In this document: positions 29,959 to 41,283 of the stretch, piece after piece
Numbering within the stretch: the stretch's first letter is position 1
Layout: each line of letters opens with the position of its first letter
NCBI GenBank assembly: GCA_963665115.1
Contig: OY762007.1
Coordinates: 5,376,001-5,440,000 of the forward strand
Source: an uncultured Rivularia sp.
GTDB lineage: Bacteria > Cyanobacteriota > Cyanobacteriia > Cyanobacteriales > Nostocaceae
Length of the DNA stretch: 64,000 nt
Reading direction: 5' to 3'
Translations under genes and position numbers: made by a program
The notes under the pieces: generated by a model
Seen by the model: the letters and a program-made list of their open reading frames with translations, nothing else
Database searches by the model: none
Told to the model about the DNA's origin: nothing

Positions 29959-32900
29959 CTACCGAACTTTTATTTCAATAAGAAACTCAGAACCTTCTCC
30001 AATTATTGATTTACAGTGAAGGGAACCCTGATGTTTTTTTACGATTGTTGAGTAACTAGTATATAAACCCAAACCCATACCGCTTCCTACAGATTTAGTA
30101 GTAAAAAATGGGTCGAATATTTTTGGCTGTATTTCTTGAGGAATGCCAATACCGTTATCAGCAATAGTAATAATTACTGTGTTTTTATCCGTTAATTGGG
30201 TACGAATACAAATTCTGGGTATTATTTCACTCTTACTGATTTCTAAAGCATCAATCGCATTATTTATGATATTCATAAAAACCTGATTTAATTCTGCTGC
30301 ATAACAATTCATTTTAGGTAATTGAGCATATTCTTTGATTACTTCAATACCTGTTTGCTCGCTATCTTTTTGCAAGCGGTTTTGTAAAAATAGTAAAGTA
30401 CTATCTATACCTTGATGAATATCTACTGGTTTCATTTCGGATTCATCCAACCGGGAGAAGTTTCTTAATGAAAGTACAATATTGCTAATCCGCTCTGCTC
30501 CATCTTGGAAAGAGTTAAACAGCTTTTGTAAGTCTTCTGTGATAAATTCCAGTTCGATATTTTCTAGTTCCTCTTGAATATCTTTGACTGGTTGCGGGTA
30601 ATACTTTTGATAAAGATTTATTAGATGCAGTAAATCTTGTACATATTCCTTTGCAGGTTCGAGATTGCCGTAGATAAAACTAATTGGATTGTTAATTTCA
30701 TGAGCTACTCCAGCTACCATCTGTCCTAAACTGGACATTTTTTCTGATTGAATTAATTGAGCCTGGGTATGTTTTAATTTTTGAAAAGCTTGCGTCAACT
30801 CCTGATTTGTTTCGCGGAGTTTCTTTGTTTTTTCATTAACTTTTTCTTCTAAGCTTTGTGAGTATTCCTCTAATTTGAGATTAGCCTGTTTGAGATTTTC
30901 AGTTGTTTTAGATAAATTAGCGTAAAGTAAGGCATTTTCTAACGAAATAGCCGCAGATACGCTCAGCATTCTTAAAACTTCTTGGCGCTGGGGAGTAAAT
31001 GCACTTGTAGTTAAATTGTTTTCTAAATAAAGGATACCAATCAGTTTACCTTGATGCTCAATTGGGATACACAATAGAGATTTAGGCTGATATTTGACGA
31101 TGTAATCATCATTTAAATCTAAATTTTGATTTAAAATATCATTATTCAACAAATATTTTTTAGTATTTGCAACATAGTTAATTACAGAAAGCGGTAATTC
31201 TTCACAAGTGTTTAGGGACAATGATTCTTTTATTGAAGCAGCTGCAAGCGAAATATCCTCTGCATTGATATTAGTAACTAAAGCTTCTACAACCCAATTG
31301 TCTTCCGAAGGTAAAATCAAAGCAGCCTTGGTTGCTCCAGCATTCTCAATTACAACTTGCATCAAATTTAAAACAAGCTTGTACAAATCAATTTCTTTAG
31401 CTAACGTTTGGGAAGCTTTCATGATAGTTTCCCAATCTAGAAGTTTTGTAATTTCGGCACTGGTATAAGCAACAGTAGCACTAGAAATATCAGCCAGAGT
31501 ATTACCGTGTTTGAGACTAAAATTTTCCGGTTTAATAACTTGTTCGAGTAATTCCCGATAGCGTTTTTCTATATGTTTAACTTTAGTTGTTGCTCCCCAG
31601 CGAATGTAACAGTAGTAAGCATCTATCATGTACACTTGAGCAATTTTCTTTTTACCCCATTCCAGGTAGAATTTTGCAGTGAGTTCGTTAGCGAGTGCTT
31701 CTTCCTGGATATATTGATTATTCTTTGCACCAGCAATCGCGGATTCGTAAAATTCTATTGCCTTAAAAGTTTTACCTTGAACTCGATATAACTCTGCTTT
31801 GACTAAATCATATTTATGTAGATGATTCATAGGAGAAAATTTCACCCATTTTTTCATCTTATTTTGATTGTCTTTTATTTTATTCAGAATATCTTTTTGT
31901 TTTTTAAAAGAACTATGATGATAAACAGCCAGTTGAGATAAAGAATTATAAAAGTAAAATAACGGAGCAATAACTCCTCCAGCCAATCCACCAGTTAAAT
32001 ATTTTTCGGCTGAGGTAGCGTTATCAATTGCTTGAGAGAAATCCTCAAATAAATAACAAAGAATAATTTTATTGAAAAATAAGGTGTTAAGAAGGCTATA
32101 ATTTTTTGCTTGTTGTTGAGTGGAGATAATTTGTTCGTCGTATGCTTCACCAATTAAGCTGCAAGGGTTTTCAGGATTAGTTGTCAAATTAAGAACTACT
32201 TGTTGATAAATTTTGTGTTTATCCAGAGATACTTTTTGTTTAAGTTGAGCGATAGCATCTGCATAAATATCCATATCTTGGATAACTTCTTGTAGTTGTT
32301 TACCAACAAAATATGAATGGGAACAATAAGTTTGAGCAGACTTAGCAGCATATTCTAAATCGCCAGTTTCTAAGCCAGATTGATAAGCATCTAGTAGCGG
32401 CTCTAGTGTTTTTCTCAGGTGTTCTTTCCAAGGCTTGAGTGAAGAGTAAACTAATTGATACGTTCTTGCTTTAACCTGTTTAACATTTAGTTTTTCCAAC
32501 AGGTTTAGAGAAAGTTGACCAAATCTGTAGCCAGAATCCACATCTCCAAATACCTCACATAAAATTAGTCCATAACAAGCATAAGTATATATAGATTCAG
32601 TCGAATTACCATATTTAAGAGACAAATAAACTTGCTTAAACATCAACTTTAGCAATAGCTTGGAACTAACTAAATATGCAGCAGAACCAACACTTGCTAA
32701 GAGTGGCATGGCTTTAATTTTGTATGCATCTGACATTTGTGGCAGTTTAACTAAATCTTCAATTTCTCTGCCTAGCAAACTTTTTTTTATCCACAATCGA
32801 CTCCACCATATATCGAATTTACTCGGCTTTTGAGGTATGTTTACTCCCAAAAGTTTTAAAACCGAAGTTCCAGTTTCAATTGCTTCAATTGGCTGATTTT

Positions 32901-35517
32901 GAGCTATATAAGCAAGGATTTTGATTTCAGATATTTTAACTGTATCTAATAGGTTTGTGGCATTTTGCAATATCACAGAACCCAATTGCTCCATCTGCTC
33001 AAAATCACCATTAAGATATGCAACTTCTGTGGCTAAACTGTAAATTGAAACAGTCAATTGATATTCTGAATGCCAGCTATCTGATGAAAGTAATTGTATA
33101 GCTGTATTCAAATAGATTGCAGCAGCAGTATATGCTGTAGATGCTTTAGCTTTACTTCCAGCAATCATATTTAACTGCGCTACTTGAAATCTTTGTGCTT
33201 GTTCTTTAATTAATCCAACTCCAATATTCAATTGATTTACAATTTCAAAAATTCTCTCTTCTTGTGATTCTTTAGGAATATTTTGCAGAAGTAATTGACC
33301 AATTTTCAGGTGAGTTAATTGTTTATTATCTTGATGAATTAAGGAATAAGCTGCTTGTTGAACTCTATCGTGTAAAAATTTGTATTTGATAGTCAGATTT
33401 TGATTGTTTCTCTCTACTTCTTCAAAGTCATTAACTACAGACTCATCTTGAAAAAACTTGTAAGTTTGATTGACGGGAAGAATTAAACCGAATTGCAAAG
33501 CATCCCATAAATTTATTGCTATCTGAGCAACTGACTTTTCTTGAATTATGGCAATAGTTTCTAAATCAAATTGATTCCCAATACAAGCAGACAGCTTTAA
33601 AACTTCTTGAGTAGCTGTAGGCAATTTTTGTAACTTAATTGCCATAAAATCTACTACATTATCTGTAATTGATGATGCTTTAATTTGAGCAATATCGCAT
33701 TCCCAATAACCAACATCGGAATTAAATTTAATTAGTTTATCTTCATACAATGATTTGAGTAATTGAGTCGCAAAAAAGGGATTTCCTTGTGTTTTTTGAT
33801 ATATTAGTTGGGAAAGAGGTTCTGCTAAAATTTCCGCACAATTAAGAGTATCGGCAATCAATCGATCGAAATCAGTTTGTTTTAGCGGTGTTAAAGTAAT
33901 TTTGTTGACTCTTGAACCCAAGTCAAGCTTATCTAAAGTTAGCATCAATGGATGAGTCGGACTAACTTCGTTATCTCGATAAGCCCCAATTATCAAAAGA
34001 TGATTAGATTCAGTTTCACCGATTAATGATTGCATTAACTTTAAAGAAGCCGAATCAGCCCATTGTAAATCATCTAAAAAGATCGCCAAAGGGTGTTCTT
34101 TCGCAGCAATCACTTGAATAAAGTTCTGAAATAATAAATAGAAGCGATTTTGTGCTGCACTTCCTGATAATTCTAAAACAGATGGTTGTTTACCAATTAT
34201 TTTTTCTAGCTCCGGAATAACATCAATAATTACTTGTGCATTTTCTCCTAATGATTGGATAATTTTGGTTTTCCATTCTTCTAATACAGCCTTACTTTCA
34301 CCGAGTAATTTTCCAATCAAATCTTGTAGAGCTTGGACAATAGCACTAAAAGGTATATCTCTTTGGAATTGGTCAAATTTACCTTTGATAAAATAACCAC
34401 GTTGTTTAACAATGGGTTTATGAACTTCATTAACTATGGCTGTTTTACCAATACCAGAGAAACCCGCTACCAAAAATAGTTCGCTGTTTGAATTTTCACT
34501 TTTAGATTTTATATTATGAATTTCCCGATCTAAATCATTACTCAAAACAGAAGATTCATAACTTTCAGATATGCGTTCAAATGCAGCAATAATCGCTTCA
34601 ACTTCTGCTTTTCTACCGTAGAGTTTTTCAGGAATAATAAAGCGGTCATGAATATCCCTTTCTGCTATTTTAAAAGGCTCAAGACAGCCAAACTCTCGCC
34701 AACTGGTTAAACATTTTTCTAAGTCATATTTTAAGCCTAAAGCACTTTGATAGCGGTTTTCTGCGTTTTTCGCCATCAATTTGCTAACAATATTAGAAAT
34801 AACTAAAGGAATATCGGGATTTATTTTATGTAGTTCTTGAGGTTGCTTGGCAAGATGACAGTGAAGCAACTCCATCGGCTCATTTGAAGTGAAAGGAAGT
34901 TTTCGGGCAAGAAGTTCAAAAAACGTCACACCAAGAGAATAAAAATCAGTACGATAGTCAATTCCTCGATTCATACGTCCAGTTTGTTCTGGAGAAATAT
35001 ATGCAAGAGTTCCTTCTAAAATATTCAGGTTTTGTAATTGTTGGGTTTCTCTAGGTAATAGAGAAGCAATACTGAAATCAATAAGTTTAACTTGTTTATC
35101 GGCAGGATTTATCAGTATGTTGGCAGGTTTAATATCTTTATGAATTACCCGTTTGCTAATTAATCGATCGAGAATGGTAGAAAGTTGAATAGCAATTTGC
35201 AAAAAATAATCTATATTTAAAGAGCTTTTAGTAAAATATTCATCTAAAGAGATACCGCCAAAATCTTCCATTATTAAGGCATAACTATTGTCAAAAGCTT
35301 CTAAACTTAAGGGTTTGACAATACCATCAAAATCTAGATTAACTGCGATAGTATACTGATTCCTAAATTTAACTATTTCCTCAAAACTGGGATACTCAGA
35401 ATTAATAACTTTGACAACTACTGCTTTTGAGTCGTATTCTCTAACGCCTTTATATACTGTATTTCTGACACCTGAATATATCTTCTCTATAATGTGATAA
35501 CCACTCAATAACATCAT
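29959..35517 (-). CDS. Trifunctional Ser/Thr kinase - AAA ATPase - GAF - histidine kinase (HstK-type)
   Basis: HKDIKPANIL, DFS, YISPEQTGRMNR; GFSGIGKT, LDDLQWAD; GAF GILYLEN; AHEINNP, GMGLGL. Confidence 0.95.
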   Translation of the reverse strand: MMLLSGYHIIEKIYSGVRNTVYKGVREYDSKAVVVKVINSEYPSFEEIVKFRNQYTIAVNLDFDGIVKPLSLEAFDNSYALIMEDFGGISLDEYFTKSSLNIDYFLQIAIQLSTILDRLISKRVIHKDIKPANILINPADKQVKLIDFSIASLLPRETQQLQNLNILEGTLAYISPEQTGRMNRGIDYRTDFYSLGVTFFELLARKLPFTSNEPMELLHCHLAKQPQELHKINPDIPLVISNIVSKLMAKNAENRYQSALGLKYDLEKCLTSWREFGCLEPFKIAERDIHDRFIIPEKLYGRKAEVEAIIAAFERISESYESSVLSNDLDREIHNIKSKSENSNSELFLVAGFSGIGKTAIVNEVHKPIVKQRGYFIKGKFDQFQRDIPFSAIVQALQDLIGKLLGESKAVLEEWKTKIIQSLGENAQVIIDVIPELEKIIGKQPSVLELSGSAAQNRFYLLFQNFIQVIAAKEHPLAIFLDDLQWADSASLKLMQSLIGETESNHLLIIGAYRDNEVSPTHPLMLTLDKLDLGSRVNKITLTPLKQTDFDRLIADTLNCAEILAEPLSQLIYQKTQGNPFFATQLLKSLYEDKLIKFNSDVGYWECDIAQIKASSITDNVVDFMAIKLQKLPTATQEVLKLSACIGNQFDLETIAIIQEKSVAQIAINLWDALQFGLILPVNQTYKFFQDESVVNDFEEVERNNQNLTIKYKFLHDRVQQAAYSLIHQDNKQLTHLKIGQLLLQNIPKESQEERIFEIVNQLNIGVGLIKEQAQRFQVAQLNMIAGSKAKASTAYTAAAIYLNTAIQLLSSDSWHSEYQLTVSIYSLATEVAYLNGDFEQMEQLGSVILQNATNLLDTVKISEIKILAYIAQNQPIEAIETGTSVLKLLGVNIPQKPSKFDIWWSRLWIKKSLLGREIEDLVKLPQMSDAYKIKAMPLLASVGSAAYLVSSKLLLKLMFKQVYLSLKYGNSTESIYTYACYGLILCEVFGDVDSGYRFGQLSLNLLEKLNVKQVKARTYQLVYSSLKPWKEHLRKTLEPLLDAYQSGLETGDLEYAAKSAQTYCSHSYFVGKQLQEVIQDMDIYADAIAQLKQKVSLDKHKIYQQVVLNLTTNPENPCSLIGEAYDEQIISTQQQAKNYSLLNTLFFNKIILCYLFEDFSQAIDNATSAEKYLTGGLAGGVIAPLFYFYNSLSQLAVYHHSSFKKQKDILNKIKDNQNKMKKWVKFSPMNHLHKYDLVKAELYRVQGKTFKAIEFYESAIAGAKNNQYIQEEALANELTAKFYLEWGKKKIAQVYMIDAYYCYIRWGATTKVKHIEKRYRELLEQVIKPENFSLKHGNTLADISSATVAYTSAEITKLLDWETIMKASQTLAKEIDLYKLVLNLMQVVIENAGATKAALILPSEDNWVVEALVTNINAEDISLAAASIKESLSLNTCEELPLSVINYVANTKKYLLNNDILNQNLDLNDDYIVKYQPKSLLCIPIEHQGKLIGILYLENNLTTSAFTPQRQEVLRMLSVSAAISLENALLYANLSKTTENLKQANLKLEEYSQSLEEKVNEKTKKLRETNQELTQAFQKLKHTQAQLIQSEKMSSLGQMVAGVAHEINNPISFIYGNLEPAKEYVQDLLHLINLYQKYYPQPVKDIQEELENIELEFITEDLQKLFNSFQDGAERISNIVLSLRNFSRLDESEMKPVDIHQGIDSTLLFLQNRLQKDSEQTGIEVIKEYAQLPKMNCYAAELNQVFMNIINNAIDALEISKSEIIPRICIRTQLTDKNTVIITIADNGIGIPQEIQPKIFDPFFTTKSVGSGMGLGLYTSYSTIVKKHQGSLHCKSIIGEGSEFLIEIKVR

Positions 35518-36035
35518 GAGTCCCCTGTATAATTATTTCGTGCCTCTACAGGGTTAGTATTCCCACTAGTATCAGATTTATAACAAACATTTAACCTGCA
35601 AATGCATTTTCCATGTAACTACTTAATTACAGAGAATTAATACTGGAATTATTACATAGTTAAAAGTTTGAGAGAATCACAACTACATCAAGACATAGAA
35701 AACAACGAAAAAATTAGACAGCAGTGAATATAAAGAACAAGGCTAACCTGAAATAGTACAAATCTTAACAAAATCAAAAATATTCAGATGATGAGTAATA
35801 AAAGTATTACCGTTGGGAAAGTGCATTAATGAGCTTCATAAACTATAATTAGCTCTTGTTAGTTAAATGGTTTGCTGTTACTGATGTAATAAGTAGTTCC
35901 TAATGCTAAAACTTCAGGAAATATAGGGGGCGTAGTTCTCCCAGTAAAGATTAATCCTTACGAATGATTTTTACAGTCGATTTGAGATTTGACTATAAAA
36001 TTTAAAACTATATAGAGTGTAAAAGGAGAAAAGAC

Positions 36036-36467
36036 ATGACACAAGCAAAAGCAGGTGACAACGTAAAAGTTCACTATACGGGCAAATTGGATGACGGTAC
36101 CGTTTTTGATTCCTCTGCCGAACGCGAACCTTTAGAGTTCTCCCTTGGTTCGGGAAATGTGATTCCTGGATTTGAAGAAGCGATAGTTGGTATGGCTCCT
36201 GGAGAGTCAAAAACTGCAACGATTCCACCCGATCAAGCTTATGGCCCTCGACGCGACGAACTTGCGATCGCAGTTGAGAAAGAGCAAATACCTACAGACT
36301 TAGCAGTAGAAGTCGGTCAACAACTACAGATTTCTCAAAACAACGGTCAAGTAATTCCAGTTATCGTTACAGACGTTTCGGATTCCAAAGTCACCCTCGA
36401 CGCAAATCATCCTCTAGCAGGACAGCAATTAACTTTTGATATTGAGTTAGTTGAAGTTAGCGAATAA
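36036..36467 (+). CDS. FKBP-type peptidyl-prolyl isomerase (SlyD/SlpA-like)
   Basis: [36 protein letters not shown]. Confidence 0.95.
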   Translation: MTQAKAGDNVKVHYTGKLDDGTVFDSSAEREPLEFSLGSGNVIPGFEEAIVGMAPGESKTATIPPDQAYGPRRDELAIAVEKEQIPTDLAVEVGQQLQISQNNGQVIPVIVTDVSDSKVTLDANHPLAGQQLTFDIELVEVSE

Positions 36468-36600
36468 AGGTTAAAGGTTATGAGTTAGGAGTTAGAAGTT
36501 AGAAGTTAAGAGTTAAAAGTGAGAACTCGAAAACTTCTATTTCCTCTCCATCTCCTTGTCTCATTACCAATTACCAATTACCAATTACCAATTACCAAAA

Positions 36601-38076
36601 TCAAAATTTCTCCACATTCTCAAACTTCTTCTGACTCATAGCCCTTGCAGCTTCACCGCAGGTGCGCGGGGTGGGAAAAATCTTTTCTGGATTTGCTAAG
36701 CCTTTACTGTTAAAAACTTGCTTAACCCACTGCATTGTTTCTAAATCGGCATCTGAAAACATATCTGGCATATAGCATTTTTTATCCGCACCAATACCGT
36801 GTTCGCCGGAAATACTGCCGCCAACTCTGACGCATAGTTTAAGAATTTCTCCACCTACTTCTTCAACTTTTTCTAATTCACCAGGAACGGAATTATCAAA
36901 TAAGATTAGCGGATGCAAGTTACCATCACCTGCATGAAAGACATTGGCAATTTTATAACCGAATTTCTGACTTAAATTCTCAATTTCTTGTAATACATAA
37001 GGTAGCTGAGTCCGAGGAATTACCCCATCCTGCACGTAATAATCTGGACTTAAATGTCCCGCAGCTGCAAACGCGGCTTTTCTGCCTTTCCACAATTTTA
37101 AACGTGTTTCGGGGTCGTTCGCAGAAGTTACATTACGCGCACCATTGTTTTTACAAATATCGATTACCCGCTTTTTATTAGCTTTCACTTCTACATCCAA
37201 ACCATCGATTTCAACCAACAAAATCGCTACAGCATCGCGGGGATAACAATTCATTGCAGTTACATCTTCAACCGCATTGATGCTCATGTTATCCATCATT
37301 TCCATACCACCAGGAATAATCCCAGCGCTGATAATATCCGAAACTGCTGCTCCTGCTGCTTCCACGCTGGAAAAGTCTGCCAACAACACGCAAATCGATT
37401 CCGCACTTTTGAGAATTCGCAAAGTTATTTCTGTGGCAATTCCCAAGGTACCTTCCGAGCCAACAAATATTCCTGTTAAATCGTAACCGGGCATTTCTTG
37501 AACTTGTCCGCCCAAATCGACAACATCACCGTTAGCCGTGACAACTTTTAATCCTAAAACGTGGTTAGTGGTGACACCGTACTTTAAACAATGCACTCCA
37601 CCAGAATTTTCCGCAACGTTACCGCCGATAGAGCAAATAATTTGACTTGAAGGGTCGGGGGCGTAGTAAAAACCGGCACCGCTAACCGTTTGCGTTACCC
37701 AGTTGTTAATCACTCCAGGCTGAACCACAACCCGCTGATTATCTAAATCGACGTTGAGTATTTGCCGCATCAAAGAAGTGACTATCAACACGCATCCGAC
37801 AGTAGGCAAAGCACCGCCAGATAAACCAGTACCCGAACCTCTAGCAATAAAAGGAACCGAATATTTATTGCATATCTTCACTACTTGAGCAACTTGTTCC
37901 GTGGTTTTGGGCAAGACAGCCACATCTGGGCGTTGACGATAGCTTGCTAAACCATCGCATTCATAAGTAATTAGTTCCTCACGACGCTGGATTACGCCTT
38001 TTTTACCTAAAACCGCTTCAAATTCCTTGATGATAGGTTTCCAGTTGCGTTGTTGAGATTTTTCTTGAGTAAGCAT
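36601..38076 (-). CDS. glcD: Glycolate oxidase FAD-linked subunit
   Basis: ARGSGTGLSGG, PDPSS, GGNVAENSGG, GSEGTLG, HAGDGNLHP, EHGIG. Confidence 0.93.
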   Translation of the reverse strand: MLTQEKSQQRNWKPIIKEFEAVLGKKGVIQRREELITYECDGLASYRQRPDVAVLPKTTEQVAQVVKICNKYSVPFIARGSGTGLSGGALPTVGCVLIVTSLMRQILNVDLDNQRVVVQPGVINNWVTQTVSGAGFYYAPDPSSQIICSIGGNVAENSGGVHCLKYGVTTNHVLGLKVVTANGDVVDLGGQVQEMPGYDLTGIFVGSEGTLGIATEITLRILKSAESICVLLADFSSVEAAGAAVSDIISAGIIPGGMEMMDNMSINAVEDVTAMNCYPRDAVAILLVEIDGLDVEVKANKKRVIDICKNNGARNVTSANDPETRLKLWKGRKAAFAAAGHLSPDYYVQDGVIPRTQLPYVLQEIENLSQKFGYKIANVFHAGDGNLHPLILFDNSVPGELEKVEEVGGEILKLCVRVGGSISGEHGIGADKKCYMPDMFSDADLETMQWVKQVFNSKGLANPEKIFPTPRTCGEAARAMSQKKFENVEKF

Positions 38077-38490
38077 GGTTTGTTATCCGGTGTGGGATGC
38101 GGTGGTTGTATTTATGAGCCTTACTACTATTGTTACAGGAATTTTGATTTCCGTTTACGTTATGCAAATCAATAGCTTCTTAAACTTGATATTTGATCAA
38201 AACTCGAACAACAGTGCTTAAATGTAGCTTTCTCCAAAAAGAAATCAGTGGAGATTTAGATTATAAAATCTCATTGTTAGGAGCAGAAAAAAGATGGAAT
38301 AATGATTGCAAGATTGTTCGGAAGAACTTGAGAGCAAATACAATTAGGCTGGCTCAGTATTCTAAAAAAATATTGGCTTTATCAAGGTAAAATAATTTTC
38401 TACAAAGGCGTTGTAATGCAACATCTCTACATTATTCATATGTCAATCGTTTAAAGTAGATATATAACCCAAATTGTTAGATAATCTATT

Positions 38491-39222
38491 ATGGTCAAGC
38501 AAACTTTAATTGATACTGATGATGGCTTCTATATCCCAGATGCCAATCAACTAGTCACTGAAGATGATACACCTGTGGATAATTTTGCATCGGAAAAACA
38601 GCAACGGCTTTTAGTTAGCTCTCTTTATAGTTCTTTACAAAAACAACCATTCCTTGCAGCAGCGAATGTCGGTGTTTACTATACGGATTTAAAACCAGCT
38701 ATAGTACCCGATGTTTTTCTTAGCTTAAACGCTCAAGTTCCTCAAAACTGGTGGGAAAAACACAATCGTTGCTACATGGTTTGGCGTTTTGGTAAACCCC
38801 CTGAAGTCGCAATTGAAATTGTTTCTAACAAAGTCGGTGATGAATTAGGAGAGAAATTAAGAATATACGAACATATGCGAGCCAGTTACTATATCGTATA
38901 TGACCCTACCAACCAAGTTAGTGAAGAAACCCTGCGTATTTATGAATTACGAGGAATGCGCTATTACCAAACTTCAGAAACCTGGTTAGAACAAGTTGAA
39001 TTAGGTTTAACTTTATGGGAAGGTGAATTTGAAGGCAGACAAGACTCTTGGTTACGTTGGTGTTACCAAGATGGTACCGTTTTATCGACAGGAGACGAAC
39101 GCGCTCAAACTGCCGAACAACGTGCTTCAAGTGCCGAACAACGCGCTTCAAGTGCCGAACAACGTGCCGTACAACTAGCCGAAAAACTCCGTGAAATGGG
39201 TATTAATCCAGAGAACTTGTAG
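38491..39222 (+). CDS. Uma2-family putative endonuclease with AEQRA coiled tail (paralog 1)
   Basis: TEDDTPVDN, VPDVFLS, GKPPEVAIEIVS; 21-nt tandem repeats in the tail. Confidence 0.9.
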   Translation: MVKQTLIDTDDGFYIPDANQLVTEDDTPVDNFASEKQQRLLVSSLYSSLQKQPFLAAANVGVYYTDLKPAIVPDVFLSLNAQVPQNWWEKHNRCYMVWRFGKPPEVAIEIVSNKVGDELGEKLRIYEHMRASYYIVYDPTNQVSEETLRIYELRGMRYYQTSETWLEQVELGLTLWEGEFEGRQDSWLRWCYQDGTVLSTGDERAQTAEQRASSAEQRASSAEQRAVQLAEKLREMGINPENL

Positions 39223-39295
39223 AGACGGGACGCAGTGCTACGTCTCCTTATAGTAAATTTATATAATACTCATCCCGAAAAGCAATAAATAACTA

Positions 39296-39344
39296 TTGCC
39301 ATCAGCCAGATTTTTAGCTTAAAATATAACTAACGTTCGATATA
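39296..39344 (+). promoter_or_regulatory. tetR promoter (TTGCCA-N18-TAAAAT) with overlapping palindromic operator 39325-39344
   Basis: TATAACTAAC|GTTCGATATA imperfect palindrome overlapping the last base of the -10 and the expected start site. Confidence 0.7.
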
Positions 39345-39363
39345 AAATAATGTAATTAACTAA

Positions 39364-39936
39364 ATGCCGAAAATTGTAGACCACGAAAAGTATAGCAAAG
39401 AACTGCTATGGAAAAGTTTCGATTTATTTGCTCAGAAAGGTTATGCTTCCGTCACCATGCGTGAAATTGCCAAAGAATTAGGTGTTTCAACAGGAACGCT
39501 GTATCATTACTTTCCGAATAAAGAAGCTCTGTTTTTACAGTTAGTAGAAGAACAGTTTCAACAGGATGTCACAAATTTTTTAGCCGAAGCAGGAGACATA
39601 AAATATGTTCCAGAGCGAATCAGAGCTTTAGTTGATTTTGTTGAAAAAAATGAAGAATATTTTATTAGTCAATTATTACTTTGGAGTGACTTTTACCAAC
39701 AGCAAGGAAAAAGCGAAGTCTTAAATAACGAAATTTTGAAGCGAGTGGCTCAGAATTCGAGAGAAGAATTATTAAAGTATTTAGAAATTGAAGACAAAGC
39801 AGTTGCTGATTTTGTAGTTAATTTTCTCAATGGTTTAATTTGCGTGCGAATGTTTGAAGGTGAAATGGTTTCTTATGAAGAACAAGGAGAATTATTAGTC
39901 CAAATGGTGAGTGCTTATTTGGCTAATTGGCAATAG
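39364..39936 (+). CDS. TetR/AcrR-family transcriptional regulator
   Basis: F..KGY..VTMREIAKELGVSTGTLYHYFPNKEALF. Confidence 0.95.
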   Translation: MPKIVDHEKYSKELLWKSFDLFAQKGYASVTMREIAKELGVSTGTLYHYFPNKEALFLQLVEEQFQQDVTNFLAEAGDIKYVPERIRALVDFVEKNEEYFISQLLLWSDFYQQQGKSEVLNNEILKRVAQNSREELLKYLEIEDKAVADFVVNFLNGLICVRMFEGEMVSYEEQGELLVQMVSAYLANWQ

Positions 39937-39960
39937 GTAATGGGTAATTGGTAATTGACT

Positions 39961-41239
39961 ATGCAAATACTTTCAAAACCTTCTAATAAAGTAATTGGTG
40001 TGGTAGCTGCTGCTACTGTAGTTACGAGTGGTATTGCCTTTTACGGAATTTCTCAAACTGGCTTACTGACTCAATCGAAACCACCTGTAGTAGAAGCACC
40101 ACCTGCGGTTAAAAAGGTCACTGCTTTGGGAAGATTGGAAACCGCAAGGAGAAGTAATTAATTTATCTGCACCTTTGATGTTGGATGGCGACAGAGTTGC
40201 AAAACTATTAGTTAAAGAAGGTGATAACGTAAAAGCGGGAGATGCGATCGCCATTTTAGATTCTCAAAAACGATTGCAAGATGCTGTATTACAAGCAAAA
40301 GAGCAAGTAAGAATGGCACAAGCTAAATTAGCTCAAGTAGCAGCAGGTGCAAAAACCGGACAAATTCAAGCGCAAGAAGCAACTATTGCAAAATTACAAG
40401 TAGAAAAAACTACTCAAATAGCAGCACAAAAAGCAACTGTTGCTCGCTTACAAGCAGAAAAAACTACGGAAATCCTTGCACAACAAGCGACGATTGCGAA
40501 ATTACAAGCAGAGGTTGATAATGCCAATATTGAATATCAACGCTATCAACAACTTTTTAATCGGGGTGCAATTTCCACATCTTTACGAGATAGTAAACGT
40601 TTAACATTACAAACCGCAAAACAACAACTTAACGAAGCGAGAGCAAACCTCAATCGCATTCAAGCATCCCGACAGCAACAGCTTTCCGAAGCACGAGCAA
40701 ATCTCAACCGCATTCAGTTATCAGGAAGCGAACAAATTAGAGAAGCTAAAGCAACTTTAAATCAAATTGCTGAAATTCGTCCCGTAGATATCCAAGTAGC
40801 ACAAACTGAAGTGGATAATGCTAAAGCTGCGGTAAAAAAAGCGCAAACTAACTTAGAACAAGCTTATATCCGCGCACCAATAGAGGGAAAAATTATTAAA
40901 ATTCATACGCGAGAAGGCGAAAAAATAGCTGATGAAGGTATCGCTGGATTAGGAAAAACTCAGCAAATGATAGTAATTGCAGAAGTATATCAAACCGACA
41001 TTGAAAAAGTTAAGTTGGGACAAAAAGCGCTGATTACCGGACAAGCTTTTTCTGGTAAATTGAAAGGAAAAGTTTCTCAAATTGGCTTACAGATTAACAG
41101 ACAAAACGTTTACAGCAACCAACCAGGAGAAAATTTAGATCGACGAGTGATTGATGTAAAAATTCTTCTTAATCCAGAAGATAGTAAGCGAGTAACAGGC
41201 TTAACTAACTTACAAGTACAAACGGAGATTGAATTATGA
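39961..41239 (+). CDS. devB: DevB-family ABC-exporter membrane fusion protein; apparent +1 frameshift at 40139-40141
   Basis: VTALGRLEP.GEVI.LSAP, LLVKEGD, AEVYQTDI, D.RVIDVKI, LTNLQV. Confidence 0.88.
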
Positions 41240-41256
41240 TTTCCATTGGCTTAATT

Positions 41257-41276
41257 TATAACGAATGTTTGATATA
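41257..41276 (+). promoter_or_regulatory. Second copy of the putative TetR operator, just upstream of the Rieske gene
   Basis: TATAACGAATGTTTGATATA matches 39325-39344 at 17 of 20 positions. Confidence 0.7.
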
Positions 41277-41283
41277 AGTAATA

